From positions 29,202,001 through 29,266,000 of the forward strand of contig CM074518.1 in the NCBI GenBank assembly GCA_037379345.1: DNA of 64,000 nucleotides, read 5' to 3'. Each line of letters begins with the position of its first letter. Position 1 is the first letter of the stretch. The position numbers and the translations under genes were made by a program. This document shows positions 1-12,434 of the stretch, one piece after another. The notes under the pieces were generated by a model, which was not told the origin of the DNA, made no database searches, and saw only the letters and a program-made list of their open reading frames with translations. Source of the stretch: Perna viridis (taxonomy: Eukaryota).

Positions 1-1
1 T

Positions 2-1534
2 AAAGTTATGATACAAGTTCCTGGACAAACTCAAGCTGGTGGTACCATGCTTTTCATTTCTCCACAGAAAACATATGTATTAGGCTCACAAGCATCACAA
101 AACCTAGTTGGCAGCAGTGTTGTGCAGTCTGTCTCACCAAAACCAGTTGTTAGTAATCCTGCATTATCAAATGTTCCAAAAATTGCAAGTACCAATGTTC
201 TGAAATCTGTTCAACAGCCTACAATGGTGGTACAGCAGAATAATTCAACAAGCCAAGCAGGAAAACCAAACAATGTTATTCAAGCAAAAACTGTAGTCCA
301 AAAAGATGACAAAAGCACTTTATTGAAGGCTCAGAATACTGACACAGTCTTCAAGTTTCCAAGTGTTTCTCCCAAAAGTGGTACAAGTCCAGCTACAGTG
401 GTTCAGCAGATGCCACAAATTGTGCAGAAAAATTCTCAAACTGTTGGCAATGTACCTGCATCTCAAGTAGGAAAATCTAGTATCGTGCCAATAAGTGGTA
501 GTATTGTTGCCACAACTCAAACAGTAGTTTCTAGTCAAAGTAAAAATCCTGGAACACCACAGAAGTTATTCCTATACAACATCAATGGGCAGCTTGTGAC
601 AGCACAAGGGGTGCCTGTTACAGTTGAAAATGGTATTCTGAAGATACTACCACAACCTAAAATTCAAATGTCTAATTTTAATTTGCCAAAAAGTCCACCA
701 TTTGCTTCTCGATCTCAACATGGTAATGTACCCATTTCACCAAAACCTGGGCAGACGACTGTCAATGCTCAACAAGCTTATTTGAATGTATTAACAACTT
801 CACACTCTGGACTTGCTGCATCTGCTACTCAACTTCATGGGAAAAGTCCTATAGTTCCTGGAAATAGCCTATCTACCTTATCTCAGCCAATCAAACTTCA
901 AGCTCCGCCCATAGGATCTAAACAAGTGATACAGCAAAGTCAACCAATAAAACTTGTTGCTCCTCCATCTGGTTCAAACCAGAATATGTCTGCTGTAAGG
1001 AATTTAAATACTGTGTTGACGGTAGCAGATGTAGCCAACACAAATAGTGTCAAACAAACTGAAATGTCAAGTGTTGGTATAAAGAGCGCTGTCTTGCAAC
1101 CAGGAAAAGATATAGGACAACCTCGGCCATCTCCTCGCTTTGTAGTCATGCCTGAAACAGGCGAACAGACACAAATTGTATTTCCTCAACCAAACATTCA
1201 TTCCAGTCATTTGAATTTCATTAACAATGAACAGAGTGCTTCATCAGCTATAATTTCAGCAAGTCAGAAGGTTGCTACACCTGTCATTTCTCAAACTGTC
1301 AACTTGCCATTTGTACAAAATTCATCACCAGTCATTTTGAATCATCCAATCAAAATTAACAATGCATCACGGAAAGTTCCCTTTGTATCAACAGTTTCCA
1401 TTAGTCCAAGTATGAATGGTGACCATCCAGTCAAGACAGGTTCCCTGACAAAGAATCCAGGAATCAGTTCAGGAGATGCACAGGAAGCTGCTCTCAATCT
1501 ACTTTCTCTGGCCAATCAGAGATTCTCATCTTAG
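2..1534 (+). CDS. 3' terminal part of a large low-complexity (Gln/Ser/Val/Pro/Thr-rich) protein, probably a disordered nuclear or chromatin regulator; 5' part lies outside the window
   Basis: The frame is open from base 2 (AAA GTT ATG...) to TAG at 1532-1534, over 500 codons in AT-rich DNA. It ends in a short helical motif EAALNLLSLA and is followed by a long AT-rich UTR-like tract. No diagnostic domain recognised. Confidence 0.8.
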   Translation, partial: KVMIQVPGQTQAGGTMLFISPQKTYVLGSQASQNLVGSSVVQSVSPKPVVSNPALSNVPKIASTNVLKSVQQPTMVVQQNNSTSQAGKPNNVIQAKTVVQKDDKSTLLKAQNTDTVFKFPSVSPKSGTSPATVVQQMPQIVQKNSQTVGNVPASQVGKSSIVPISGSIVATTQTVVSSQSKNPGTPQKLFLYNINGQLVTAQGVPVTVENGILKILPQPKIQMSNFNLPKSPPFASRSQHGNVPISPKPGQTTVNAQQAYLNVLTTSHSGLAASATQLHGKSPIVPGNSLSTLSQPIKLQAPPIGSKQVIQQSQPIKLVAPPSGSNQNMSAVRNLNTVLTVADVANTNSVKQTEMSSVGIKSAVLQPGKDIGQPRPSPRFVVMPETGEQTQIVFPQPNIHSSHLNFINNEQSASSAIISASQKVATPVISQTVNLPFVQNSSPVILNHPIKINNASRKVPFVSTVSISPSMNGDHPVKTGSLTKNPGISSGDAQEAALNLLSLANQRFSS

Positions 1535-4500
1535 TGCTCCTTGTTAACTATGCAAATTTTAATTGTTAGTTGGATTTTCTTTGTGAAGGCTATTTCATTT
1601 AAACATGAACAATACCTGTATGTACCCGAGGGAGGTACTATTTATTATAATATTATTGCATAAGGTTTTCCATATTGGCTTAGTTATTGGTCTAGCTATT
1701 TTGTTTCAAAAGAATACACACATGTATTTAAAAAAAAGTGGTAGATGTGAAATTAAATAGTTACAAAATTGGAGTGACATTTCAAATAAGGAAATAAAGT
1801 GTCTGTGTAAATGACTTTGTTTACAGTAATACTAACTGCATTATGTTGTACTAATTACAGACATTAGGTAAATTGAGGGGTAGACATTTAAAAAATGTAA
1901 GCCTACTTTATTTTTTTTGTTGGTATATTAAGGGGAGAAATCTTTTGTATCGTGTTTGGTTTTTTTTTTAAAGAGTTTTGATAACATTTGAAACAGTTAC
2001 TACAAATTTACGAAATCAAAATTCACCATAAGTGAAAAACTGTTGTTTTCATAACTGGGAAAAAAGCAAACATTGATATGTATTTGCTATTGTTATCTTT
2101 TACCATCATTTTTAAAATGATTATTTTTATTTACTAATATTTTGTAATTATCAAATTACTGATCCTTGAGTGTAGGAAGATGATCATGTTGTTAATTTAC
2201 CAATGATATTTTAATGCACTTGCAAGATAATGCTTTGGGCATACCAGTAAATAGTTGGGTTTTGTGTCTAAATCACCACATCTTGGACCATTGCAAGTTA
2301 ATTTTTAGGTTGCCATCAACCAGAAAAAAAATCTATTGGTGGGAGGATCAGTTTGGTAAACACACTTGTAAAATTTTCAGGACCATTGTATAATGGGCTT
2401 AACAAATGTCAAGGGCTATATCTGCTGTCAGGTCTCCATTTATTTGTTCTTTTTTTTAACTTCATTTTAAATTTTGATGTCACACTAGCTCATGCCATAG
2501 ATTTTAATATAATATTTCGTGGGTTTTGATTTGATAAGAAGATATTTTTACTTAGTAGTGTAGTTATGATGGGCATTAAAATTTTCCAAATTCTTATTAA
2601 TTGATGCAAGTATCAGTTTTATTGCTCTGAAACTATTTTGTTGGTTTTTGGGATACATTTTTTGTATTCACCAACAAAAGAGTGAAGAGCAGTTCCTCTA
2701 GTCTCATCGATTCTAGTGTTAACTTAAAAATGTTCTCCAGTTATACCAAAATAATCAAGTACATGTACATTGTATTATTATGATTGTTCCCTGTCATTGC
2801 CTGTTTGGGTCATGAATTGAGTTAAATTTTGTATAAAATCAGAGTATAATGGACTGTTCCAAATTTTTATAGGAAAAAAGATTTTGAACCAGAAGTGGAT
2901 TTTTGAAGGTTTAGTCCAAATTTCCAGAATTTTTTTTTGAAGTCTACAGTACTTTCATAAATAAGGACCCATTTAAAAGTAGAATAAAAATTTCATCAGA
3001 CCTAGGATCCTGTTAAAAATTTTTATTAAAGTTTTGCCTAGGATGGTTTAAATTCAGTATTAAACCAGAAAAAAAATGCACAGAATGTGCGAATGTATAG
3101 CTGATAATGATATAGTTTTGTTTATCCTATGGAGTAAATTATATTACCAAGCAAGGATACTAATTATGAGTTTATGTAAATACAAAATGTATTATGATTT
3201 TTTTTTTTGTAAGAAAACATAATTATTTTCAAAAATGAATGTACAGGATCTTGGAGGTACATTACTGTGTTGTTAGCTGGAAAATTTGGTCGAACTTTTA
3301 GTTGATAGGAAATAGGTAGATGATAAGTTACGCAAGGCAAATTGGGAAATAAAAGGTGTTTGTGCATCTGCATGTCACATCTTGCAAGTGCTTTAATACC
3401 TGCATTTCTCAACAAAAAAATTACTATCAATCTGGAGAGGATGGTTGACATGGAACAATTTTATTTATTAGTCAAGAAATTTACTTTGTTTTCCAGGAAA
3501 ATACTGTTCCATTGATATTTTTTAACTCTATAGTACTGATTGGAACATGATTTTTTTTCTGATAAATTTTCCTGAAAAAAAAAAATGTATACTTCTCGAT
3601 GCTTTCTACTGATATTAATCATAATTTTTAAATTGGCAGATATTTCAAATGAAAATATTCAAAATCATTATATGCCTTGACTAACCCTGTCAGTTCATTT
3701 TTGAAATACTGTTATAAAGCTTAAAGGGAAGCATCTTTGTTGAATGAGAAAATGAATACAAATACTATTTTAAATGATAATTTGTTATTAACAGCTTTTT
3801 CTACTTATCTCGACAGGAACCAATGATTTGAGATATACAGCTAAAATTCACACATTGTTAGATTGATATGAGAAGCATATGATAATTTACATACATATGA
3901 TAGTCATGCATATGATTCTCATGTGGAAATTCTGCCTTGCTGACATGTGATAATCATGGGTAAACTGAAACATATGTCAATCATATCATGCTCAATTCAT
4001 ATAATGGTCATATGTTGTACTTCACATGATTTTCATGTGTGACAGTTTATTTTGTGTTCATGAATGTGGTGTTGCATGTGCATATAAGAAAGGTTCAAGT
4101 TGCATCAATGATGCTGATTCTAATGGACAAGTTATCTCCTTTTTTTTCTTTTTTTTCTAAAGGTGTTTTTTTTTTATACAAATTATATCTGATGAATGTA
4201 AAGAATTCTGAAGGTTTTATTACTTATTAAACCTTAAGAGTTTTGAATGTTTTGAAGAGTTCTTGCAAAAATGCCTTCCTTGAAATGATTACATGTCATA
4301 CATGCAGGTCTTTTAAGGAATTGGTTAGTCACAAATTTGTTTCATCAATTTCCTGCCTTGATATTATAAATAGCTGTTCATAACTGTATTTTTTAAAGTT
4401 CATTTATGAAGTTATCAATCATTCCTTGTTTTTCTATTATTTTTTTTTGATTTATCTAAGTGCTATCGTTTATTTGTTAACTAATTAGAACACCTGTGTT

Positions 4501-4942
4501 GTAAGAAGGTAGAACTAGGTATAGGGGCACAACTCTTATAAATCATTGGTACATTTGTGTCAACCATTTTATATAAATCTCATGTAAACATCTATGTAAA
4601 TTAGATTCATTTGTAAATGAATGCTTGACAGATTTTGATGAAATTGAATATAATATGAACATATCACAGATTTCAAGAGTACTAAAAGTTAGGTACTTTT
4701 TTAAATGGTAAACCTTGTTCTGATGATTTGCAGGCCTGGGCACCACATAATTTAAAAAGTTTTAATATTTAAGTCTGAAAACATTCCTGACTGCCTTGGC
4801 AACTCCAATCAAAGTGTCCAGATTTCATGATATCACAAAGAAGTGGAATTAATTGTAGACTTATGCCTTTTTCTAAATTTGTAGTGCTTAGGGCAGGGAA
4901 AATTTTTTTCTTTCAAACTTGTGCTGTTTCTTTGATGTGTTA

Positions 4943-5342
4943 TTAAGTATCAGTCTCTAAAATCAGACAGAAGGTGATTCATGAATGTCAAAAACCCACC
5001 AAATTCAGTTTTATTTCTTGTTCAGACACAGTAACTGATCATGTAGCCAGTCTTAGTTTTTTCATTTGGTTGTTGCACTTTTAAGATAAAAATTATGTAG
5101 ATTGTACATGAAATTTGCACTTTGCAAGAGTTATCGTTCTTGATTTGGCTTGATTTAGTTGCTTTTAGAGAGTGATAAATGTATGATTTTCTAAAAAGTG
5201 CAAATCTGAATGCAGAAAAGGTTGTTGTGTGAAAGTATAGCATACATAGACCAAAAAAGCATCGTTTGTTTGGTGGGTTTTTCTGGACCATGAATCACTT
5301 TATCATTGGTAGTGTCTGAATTTTATGCAGACTGGTACTTAA
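4943..5342. mobile_element. Non-autonomous DNA transposon (MITE) with TIRs and TTAA ends (Kolobok/piggyBac-type)
   Basis: TTAAGTATCAGTCT...AGACTGGTACTTAA termini with subterminal GGTGATTCATG / CATGAATCAC. Related copies at 46848-47130 and 10369-10461. Confidence 0.75.
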
Positions 5343-5441
5343 GAAAACTAGAAAAAGAACACCAATAGTTTCAGTAAATTCATGTAGAAAATGCATCATT
5401 TTGCTTTATAATACAATGAAATAGCCAAATATCAGCATGCG

Positions 5442-6040
5442 ATATTATAGGGTTATTGCATGAATACTGGTGAATATTGTCCCAAGCAGAATATCATATT
5501 GCACGAGCTTGCGAAGGACAATATTCACCAGTATTCATGCAACAACCCTTTTATTATATAGTAATGAATATTTCAGTTGTCATTATACTAATTTGTTACA
5601 TATGCTTATGACAATGTTGTATGTGTTTTATTGCACTAGTTCAAATATGATGCATAATAAATATATGAACTAGTGCGATATGAATTTATGAATGTTTGAT
5701 AAATTGTAGTAAATTTGAAAGGAATGCATTTTTTTGTGTGTATTATTTGGAAGAAAAATAGAATCACAATAACTGTCACCAAACACGGAAATATGTTGAC
5801 CCATATAAAGAGGTCATTGCTATTTTTATAACAACCTTTCAATATCCTGTTCAGGCATTTTTTGAGCAGATAACAACAGTGCAATAAATTTAAAAACGTA
5901 TTCGGAACGTCTCCGAATTTTTCCGGATACGAATAAAAGCTTGCATGCAAATACCGGGATATATTGCATGCTTTGTTTTCTATTGATTTCAATAGGAAAA
6001 TATTTATTACTATATAATAAAATCTTATATTGCACTAGTT
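5442..6040. mobile_element. Non-autonomous element with a terminal hairpin and subterminal inverted repeats
   Basis: Palindrome GGGTTATTGCATGAATACTGGTGAATATTGTCC...GGACAATATTCACCAGTATTCATGCAACAACCC, plus inverted repeat 5549-5575 versus 5996-6021. Superfamily not determined. Confidence 0.6.
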
Positions 6041-7314
6041 GACTTCATAAATAAGAAGGAAATTTTCAGTATTGAAAACCCTTGAAAACACAGTATATTT
6101 AGGTAAACTGACCTTGTACTGCCAAATTCTTGAACTTGTTGTTTATGTTGATTGAATAATTCATATTAACATTGTAAGTTTCATTGTGTCAGTGCTATTA
6201 CACCTGTTGATCCACATGCATTTTAGCAATGAATAATAAAGTTGTTTAGAAAGAGGATTAGATTGGTAAACGTTAAAATGAAGTACTATTTATAGCTAAG
6301 GTCATCACCTTACCAAGGATGTTTCACTTATCTTTTGATTTTTCAGGTATTCTTCACAAAACATTTTGTCTCTAAATAAAACTTTTGGGATGACATAGAC
6401 AGATGGTAAACTTGTTTCAGTATTAAGTAATTCTTTGGTTTAAAAAAAAAAGAAAAATACTATCTAATATTCATGATCTGCTGTCAAGCCTTCCCAAGGG
6501 TACAGATGTATGTTGAGTAAAACTACCTTTTCACCCTTTCCAGATACAATTTATTATAGCAAATAAAATAGTTTACTTCAGGGAATAGAGTTGGTCTTTC
6601 ATTGATTGAATGACAATTGACAAGAAGCTTCAAGCTTTCTATTACTCCACAGGTAATTGAATCTGTGCGTGAAAGTTTAAATATCCATGTCATTTGTCCA
6701 TTTAACTGTCTGAAAGTTCATCAGGTAATGATCTGACCTGAATTCAACTTCTATACTCGCTGTAGTAAGTGGACAATAACAATCATTGAAAACTTCATTA
6801 TCTTGTTTCAATTAACTCATTAATCATGTCAAGCATTTACAAAAATTCCAATGAAAACATTGTACATTATCAGTATATAGTGGTGCTGTTGTGTATGGAA
6901 ACTCAACTCATTCTATATGTAGTGTGTGTCAAGATGAATGTTTGTTTACTTGTATATATCGAGTTATTGTATGATTGTACAGAGAATGTTATTTAAGAAT
7001 GAAATTAAATCTATTGACCATTTTATCACAACTTATTATTTTATAGCCAATATATATAGAGTGGACGTAGAATGCATTCATCAATTTCTCTTCATCTGTC
7101 AATGTTTTAAAAATTTCTTGTTTCTTTAATAATTGTGTCCATACTTTTTCATTTGCTAGATATTTAATTTTGTGCATGGGTTTAATATATTTCCAAGTAA
7201 CTTTTCCTACAGTTTAAATGCTTGGAATTTTTCTTGATGGAGGATTTCACTGTGCTAGCCTTACAATTTTCCTTGAAGTGTGTGGATAATTGTATTATGC
7301 AGGGGCGTAGCCAG

Positions 7315-7785
7315 GATTTAAGTTACTTGACCGATTGAAACCAACCTTGGTATGAATGTTCCTAGGTGTATCCTGCATAGAACTGTTGCGGGATTTTTTG
7401 ATCTGTTGAAAAACATGGTCACTGTTACTAAAAACAGAACATAGAGGTCAGACAGTAGTTTTTCGCATACATCTTCAAAACCGTTAGGTTTAGCTAATTT
7501 CTTTCTATAGCTGAAATGATCCTCAGGCATAAAAGTTGTCAGACGACTCCTTGTAAGAGTTCTTTCCCTTGAAAGGAGAAAAATGACTTTTTTTAACAGT
7601 TTTCAGCCAATATCTTGAAAACTATGATAGATAGAAACTTTCAATTGCTGAAATGATCCTTATGATACGTCCTACCAAAGTCTTATTGAGTCAAAATTGC
7701 TGCAAAACTTCTGGTTAAATTTATTGCCCTGGAAAGACAAAATTCAACCAGGTGAGCGATTCAGGCTCCTGGGAGTCTCTTGTTT
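7315..7785 (+). mobile_element. Helentron-associated (HINE-like) element fragment with satellite-like internal repeats
   Basis: Typical 3' end CAGGTGAGCGATTCAGGCTCCTGGGAGTCTCTTGTTT (short hairpin) and repeated GCTGAAATGATCCT units. Boundaries approximate. Confidence 0.6.
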
Positions 7786-10368
7786 TGTAAAAAGTTTGTT
7801 TCTTGCAATGTAAAAATAAATAGACATTACTCTTAATGGGACTTGCACCCTTGCAGCCAGATGAACCCTGTACATTTGGGGACCAAGTTCAATATACAAT
7901 TGATATTGGACACAATTTTTAAGGTGGATAGACTATGTAATTTTGACACACAATTTTCTGCCATTTCAAAAAACCCTACTCCAAACAGCAATCAGAACTA
8001 TTTTTTGTTCACAACACAGTAATAGAATATAAATAATTCCTGACAATATGCACATCTCCGTAGGTAATCTTACAATCCGACTGAGTTTCACAACAATCCT
8101 GCAAGTCCTTAAGGAAGAGTTGTAGACATCACATCAGACCAAGTTTTGCTAAAAATGCCTAAGTTCCAACAGACGACATTTCTACAATTTGTGTCCAAAC
8201 ATAAATTCCTGACAACATCATCATAATCCTACAAGTCTTTAAGAAGTAGTTATGGACAATGCATGGGACCAGGCTATGCAAAAATAGTGTTTAATTCTTT
8301 ATTTTTAACACCTTGAAGTGTATATCTTGAAGAAAAAAACTGAAAAAATCTTGTTCACATTCAACAAAAATAAAATACCAACTAGCATTTGAGGTTAATT
8401 AGGACATGGGAGAACAAACAGACAGCAGTACACCATGATACATCAATAAAAAAGGCATATTAAAAATAAACAATACATTTCTGACATAACAAACACATAC
8501 CCATTTATTTCATAAGTATACTAAACATGCATACAAAAAGAACTCAATTATGAAAGTACATGTATATTACATGAAGGAAAGAAATTTCATGTTTTTTTTC
8601 TACCAACATATTGTTTTAATTGATAATATGAATGAAAACCATAAGTACATCTTATTATCTTGGACAATTCTTTAATACTGATACCTATGATTATAATTAT
8701 TTTCAGATATAGGTACTTCATGTTTAAAAATAAAAATATAGAAATCTACACAGGTCAAACACAAAACTTTCATATTAGTTCACTAAACTGAAAAATAGCT
8801 CCGACCATTTTGCTATAGCATACTGACCTAGGGTACATGTATAAAGTTCTAAACTCAACATGCCATTTGAAAATGAGGTGTAAATAAAAATTACTTCAAT
8901 TTTCTTGAGTATTCAGAATATAAATCTTTTTTGGTGTACAAATTAAAGCGACAAAAAATAAAATAATCTCCTTACCCTAGTCACAAGATAGACATTTATA
9001 CATCACTAACAATCCAACCGAACATATCCAATAAATAAGATATGGGGGGAACATGTAATATCACAGAATGTACTTGTGGATGACTTACTGATACAGTAGG
9101 AAGATCGTGAAAATAAAGGTAACACTAAAGAAATCAAATTAGCGGTGGTTTCAGGTCAGGATCTTCTGACCTACGACCTTTGAACTTTCATTTTCCTAGG
9201 TCCTGAAACTTTTAATCATTTACATTTCACTGAGGGCTTCCAGTTTTCCCCAAGAGGTGCATTGATTTCAAACTTGGAAAACTAGAAAATCCTTCAATTC
9301 TTGAAATTAAAGAAGGTGTAAATATAACTTTAAGGGTCATTTTTCAAACAGCATGCCTAATTCTTTAAAATAGCTGTATATTGTGATTAAATATAGGTAT
9401 CAAAAGATAGATGAACAATGAGAAATAGCGTTCTAAAACAGGAGGGAACTCTGGATTTCACAACAACTCCTTTGGTACTAAATAAACTATATGTAACATG
9501 CTAAACAATAAATAAACATATATAGTTACCACAACAATAATAAATTCCAACAATATCGAGTATAAAATTATAATATGATGTCATGGATACTGAAAGATTA
9601 CTCCTCCCAATAAATAATATCATAACTACAATATTTACTGTCATGATTACATTGCAAAAAAAATTAACTGCACACATTTTTACATGTAAATTGTATATGT
9701 AGTTGAAATTTCAATTCTAAAAATTTGTAAAGGTCAGGCAAACCTAATCATACCTGAAATATGAAAGACCAAAAAGTTCAAGTCATAGGTTATGATATCA
9801 CAACTGACAACTAATTTTTGTGAAATCAAATGCAGAAAATGTGTTATCAGCTATAACAATGCCCAGGTCATCATGTTCAGATAAAACAAATAAATGTGTA
9901 CATAGTTCTTTTAAGTTCATATCACAAAAAGTGGACAAAAATCCCAAAATTTAGCACTCAGAAAATTCCATACTCTAGGATACTTTATACATGTATCGTT
10001 ATCCTGGTAAAAATAACTGTCATTCAGAACTAATCAGCCAAGAAACCCTACATTTTATTATACCGGTAATGACTATTCTACTTTATCTGTATTAGGTACC
10101 AGTTCATATAATATTCAGACATAGACTATTGTAGAGGTGATTAATGGGATAGAAACCCACAAAACAATGGTTTTTCTTTCTACATATGCTATATTTTTTT
10201 GTAAGGACAGACCTTTCTGTATTCAAATCTATATTTATGAGAAAACCATTCATCTCCAACTAAAAGCAATTAAATGAAACCAATTCAACAAAGATAACTC
10301 TTTCACAGTACAATTTTATACAATAACTATGTAACTAGTACAACAACCAACTAGTTATAAGGTCTGTA

Positions 10369-10461
10369 GGTGTGTCTGAATTAGAAATAAAAGTGAATTA
10401 AACAAGTTTTTGACATCCATGAATCACCTCTTGTCTGGTTCTCATAAAGACTGATACTTAA
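10369..10461 (-). mobile_element. Terminal fragment of the TTAA MITE family
   Basis: CATGAATCACCTCTTGTCTG...AGACTGATACTTAA matches the terminus of 4943-5342 in reverse orientation. Confidence 0.6.
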
Positions 10462-11397
10462 CAATATATTGCACTGTATGATTATTTGATTGTAATAAAA
10501 CATTCTCACAAATTCCACCATAAACTGAATATTGACATTTTCTTTGGTATGTCCATGTATATAAAAGTATATTAAAAACTAGAAATACTGTGAGCAAAGC
10601 TGACTTAAAAATAGCCCCGCTCCCTTCCAAAGAAACCATAAGCCATTCAGATGGAAAAAACAAAATAGGGGGTGCATAATTGCATAATTTTCATGAGCGC
10701 TATCCTGAAATTAATGTAAAAGTAGTGATAATACCATTAAACTGTTTTGTGTGCTAAGTACTGCACCTACCATAAAAATTTATAATTCCTATATTTTAAG
10801 CAGATACCCTTAAACCCTAGATGACAGATTACAAAATCATTCATTAGGCAATGCAAACAAATTACTTGTTCATCTGCTATTTAAAAGGAAACAACTGAGT
10901 ACACAGGCTTCATTAAGAGGTTTGAAAACCCATACATATTATTTCCTTAGAGCATGCAACACAAATATTTTCATGGATTAAATAGCACTAGTGAGAAACA
11001 AAAATATATTTGGAAATAAAGTTCTATAAATAAATAAAAAAATACATTTCTGAGATCTAACAAAAATAGAAGTCAGCAGTATGAAAATAGCATAAAAAAG
11101 GCCAAATAAAGCAAGTGCTTGGTTCTCAAGCCTCCTCTCATCCTCTCTGAATGTGCCCAAACCCAACTCCTTAATCATTTTTCTGGCTGCGAACAATGTA
11201 AAAAAAAACCACCCTCATCCCCTTTTTTTGAAGAAATAAAAAAACAAAAACCAAAAGATATGCCTCCCTCCCTCATTGGCTTTCATGAAAAGTGGCCTAA
11301 GAACCAAGAATTGAATTTAAATTGCCTAATTGAGATTCTTCAAATGCAAACACATAACAAACATACATTACACATATCATAAGACATGTATCATACC

Positions 11398-11749
11398 CGG
11401 GGGTAGAAATCAACCTTAAATTTCAACTGGGCAGCAGAACCAGTAGGCTAAAAAATCTACTGGTCCTACAGAAATCTTATTACTCTCCAGCCTTTCCACA
11501 TCTTTTCTAATTTGTTGTCGAAGACTCAAACTAGGGATATTTAGCAATACTTTTATCCCCCTCTAAGAAGTAATGATAGATGAGACACGAAACAACGAAT
11601 TACTAAAAAGCTGATGACACAAAGTAAGGTTGTAATCCAATCAGCGATGAAATTTCAACAAGCCACTGGAGAAAAATCTAAAAATCTAATGGTCTGACAG
11701 GAATTTTATTGGCCCCGGACCAGTGGATCAGTGTGAATTTCAACCCCTG
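11398..11749. mobile_element. hAT-type MITE with an 8-bp target-site duplication
   Basis: TIRs CGGGGGTAGAAAT / ATTTCAACCCCTG, flanked by perfect ATCATACC duplication (11390-11397 and 11750-11757). Confidence 0.85.
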
Positions 11750-12434
11750 ATCATACCTCACAAAGTGTTGAAAAATTCTTTTAACAAATTTCAAGGCATT
11801 AAAGAAGGAATGTTATCAAACTCTTTAAATATATTATTGTAATATACACTGAACAATGTATCAAATTAAACACAACTGACACTTTGCTTGCAAAATATTT
11901 TATCGGTCTGTGGCCAGTATCACATCCAGCAATGGATAGTAAAATTGATCTTTAGTTATAAAATAACAACAATCAACTTTACAAAAAAAGTAGTAAAATT
12001 GACAGTTAAAATTAGAAATCCTAATATTGTGCTACTTTTAAAGCCTATTTATAAAAAAATCAACTTCCACTATACATGTAGTATTACACATGTAAAATAT
12101 ATCTTTTACATTTATGTTTTCTTCTAAAATAACAACTTCATTGAAACATTTCACTATTTTTGTTTAAATATTCTACCCCTCCTTAGACACAAGTGAAAGC
12201 AGGGTAAAATTAACAAAATTCACATAGTTTCATAACATGTAAGCCACAGTGCTTTGCATATATATCAAATCCATAATTTTTGTTCATCAATTTCTAAAAT
12301 TTCATTTTTCTCTATAGTTCTTAAAACATGAAACCCACTGAATATTATATAAGAAAAATGAAAAGTCTTAAAGTCTATGTACTCCAAATGACTTTAAAGG
12401 ATATAAAGATAAGTTTGATGAGACAGTTTGACCT

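Noticed and set aside
3164-12127. Numerous 60-120 aa ORFs between gene 1 and RIC-3
   Set aside because: AT-rich F/I/L/K/Y-biased chance ORFs in UTR, intergenic and repeat DNA, with no splice or motif support.
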